A stretch of 46,670 nucleotides of DNA from Choristocarpus tenellus KU-1152 (taxonomy: Eukaryota > Protista > Phaeophyceae). Where the stretch lies: NCBI GenBank assembly GCA_964200185.2, contig CAXNAD020000019.1, positions 1-46,670 of the forward strand, read 5' to 3'. How positions within the stretch are numbered: position 1 is the first letter of the stretch; each line of letters starts with the position of its first letter. Positions 46,614 to 46,670 of this stretch are shown piece by piece. The notes below the pieces were generated by a model. That model was not told the origin of the DNA. It did no database searches and worked only from the letters and a program-made list of their open reading frames with translations. Position numbers and translations under genes: made by a program.

Positions 46614-46670
46614 AAGTGTTACAGGCGCCCCTCAATGCTCACCTTCCAGGATGTACAACTCAAATCCAAC
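46614..46670. repeat. Right copy of the 57-bp inverted repeat, running to the last base
   Basis: aagtgttacaggcgcccctcaatgctcaccttccaggatgtacaactcaaatccaac is the reverse complement of 21-77. Confidence 0.97.

Overview
Eukaryotic nuclear DNA with spliceosomal introns and a 10-N scaffold gap at 7720-7729. It is most likely a photosynthetic stramenopile of the brown-algal/PX group; this is inferred from an ASAFAP-type plastid presequence and from retroelement remnants resembling brown-algal CRE-like LINEs. Three intact intron-containing genes could be assembled by hand: (1) a ~2,700-aa BEACH-domain protein (ConA-like, PH-BEACH, BEACH, WD40; about 23-24 exons, 13787-32953, +); (2) a plastid-targeted NAD(P)H-binding atypical SDR/Tic62-like protein (4 exons, 41293-37985, -); and (3) a Siw14/Oca-family phosphatase (5 exons, 41511-42621, +), head-to-head with gene 2 and containing a GC-AG intron. 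The first 13.5 kb is a graveyard of decayed elements: a CRE-like RT+RLE LINE, other LINE fragments, a complete but dead plant-type (DD39D-like) mariner with TIRs, and a MITE-like foldback. The most notable signals are a perfect 57-bp inverted repeat shared by the two window ends, strong CpG depletion with CpG-island-like retention at gene 5' ends, and a ~2.5-kb foldback with ~410-bp arms. I found no CRISPR array and no convincing novel multi-gene system. Most short ORFs in the track are antisense or intronic noise. All family assignments come from recalled motifs, not database searches.
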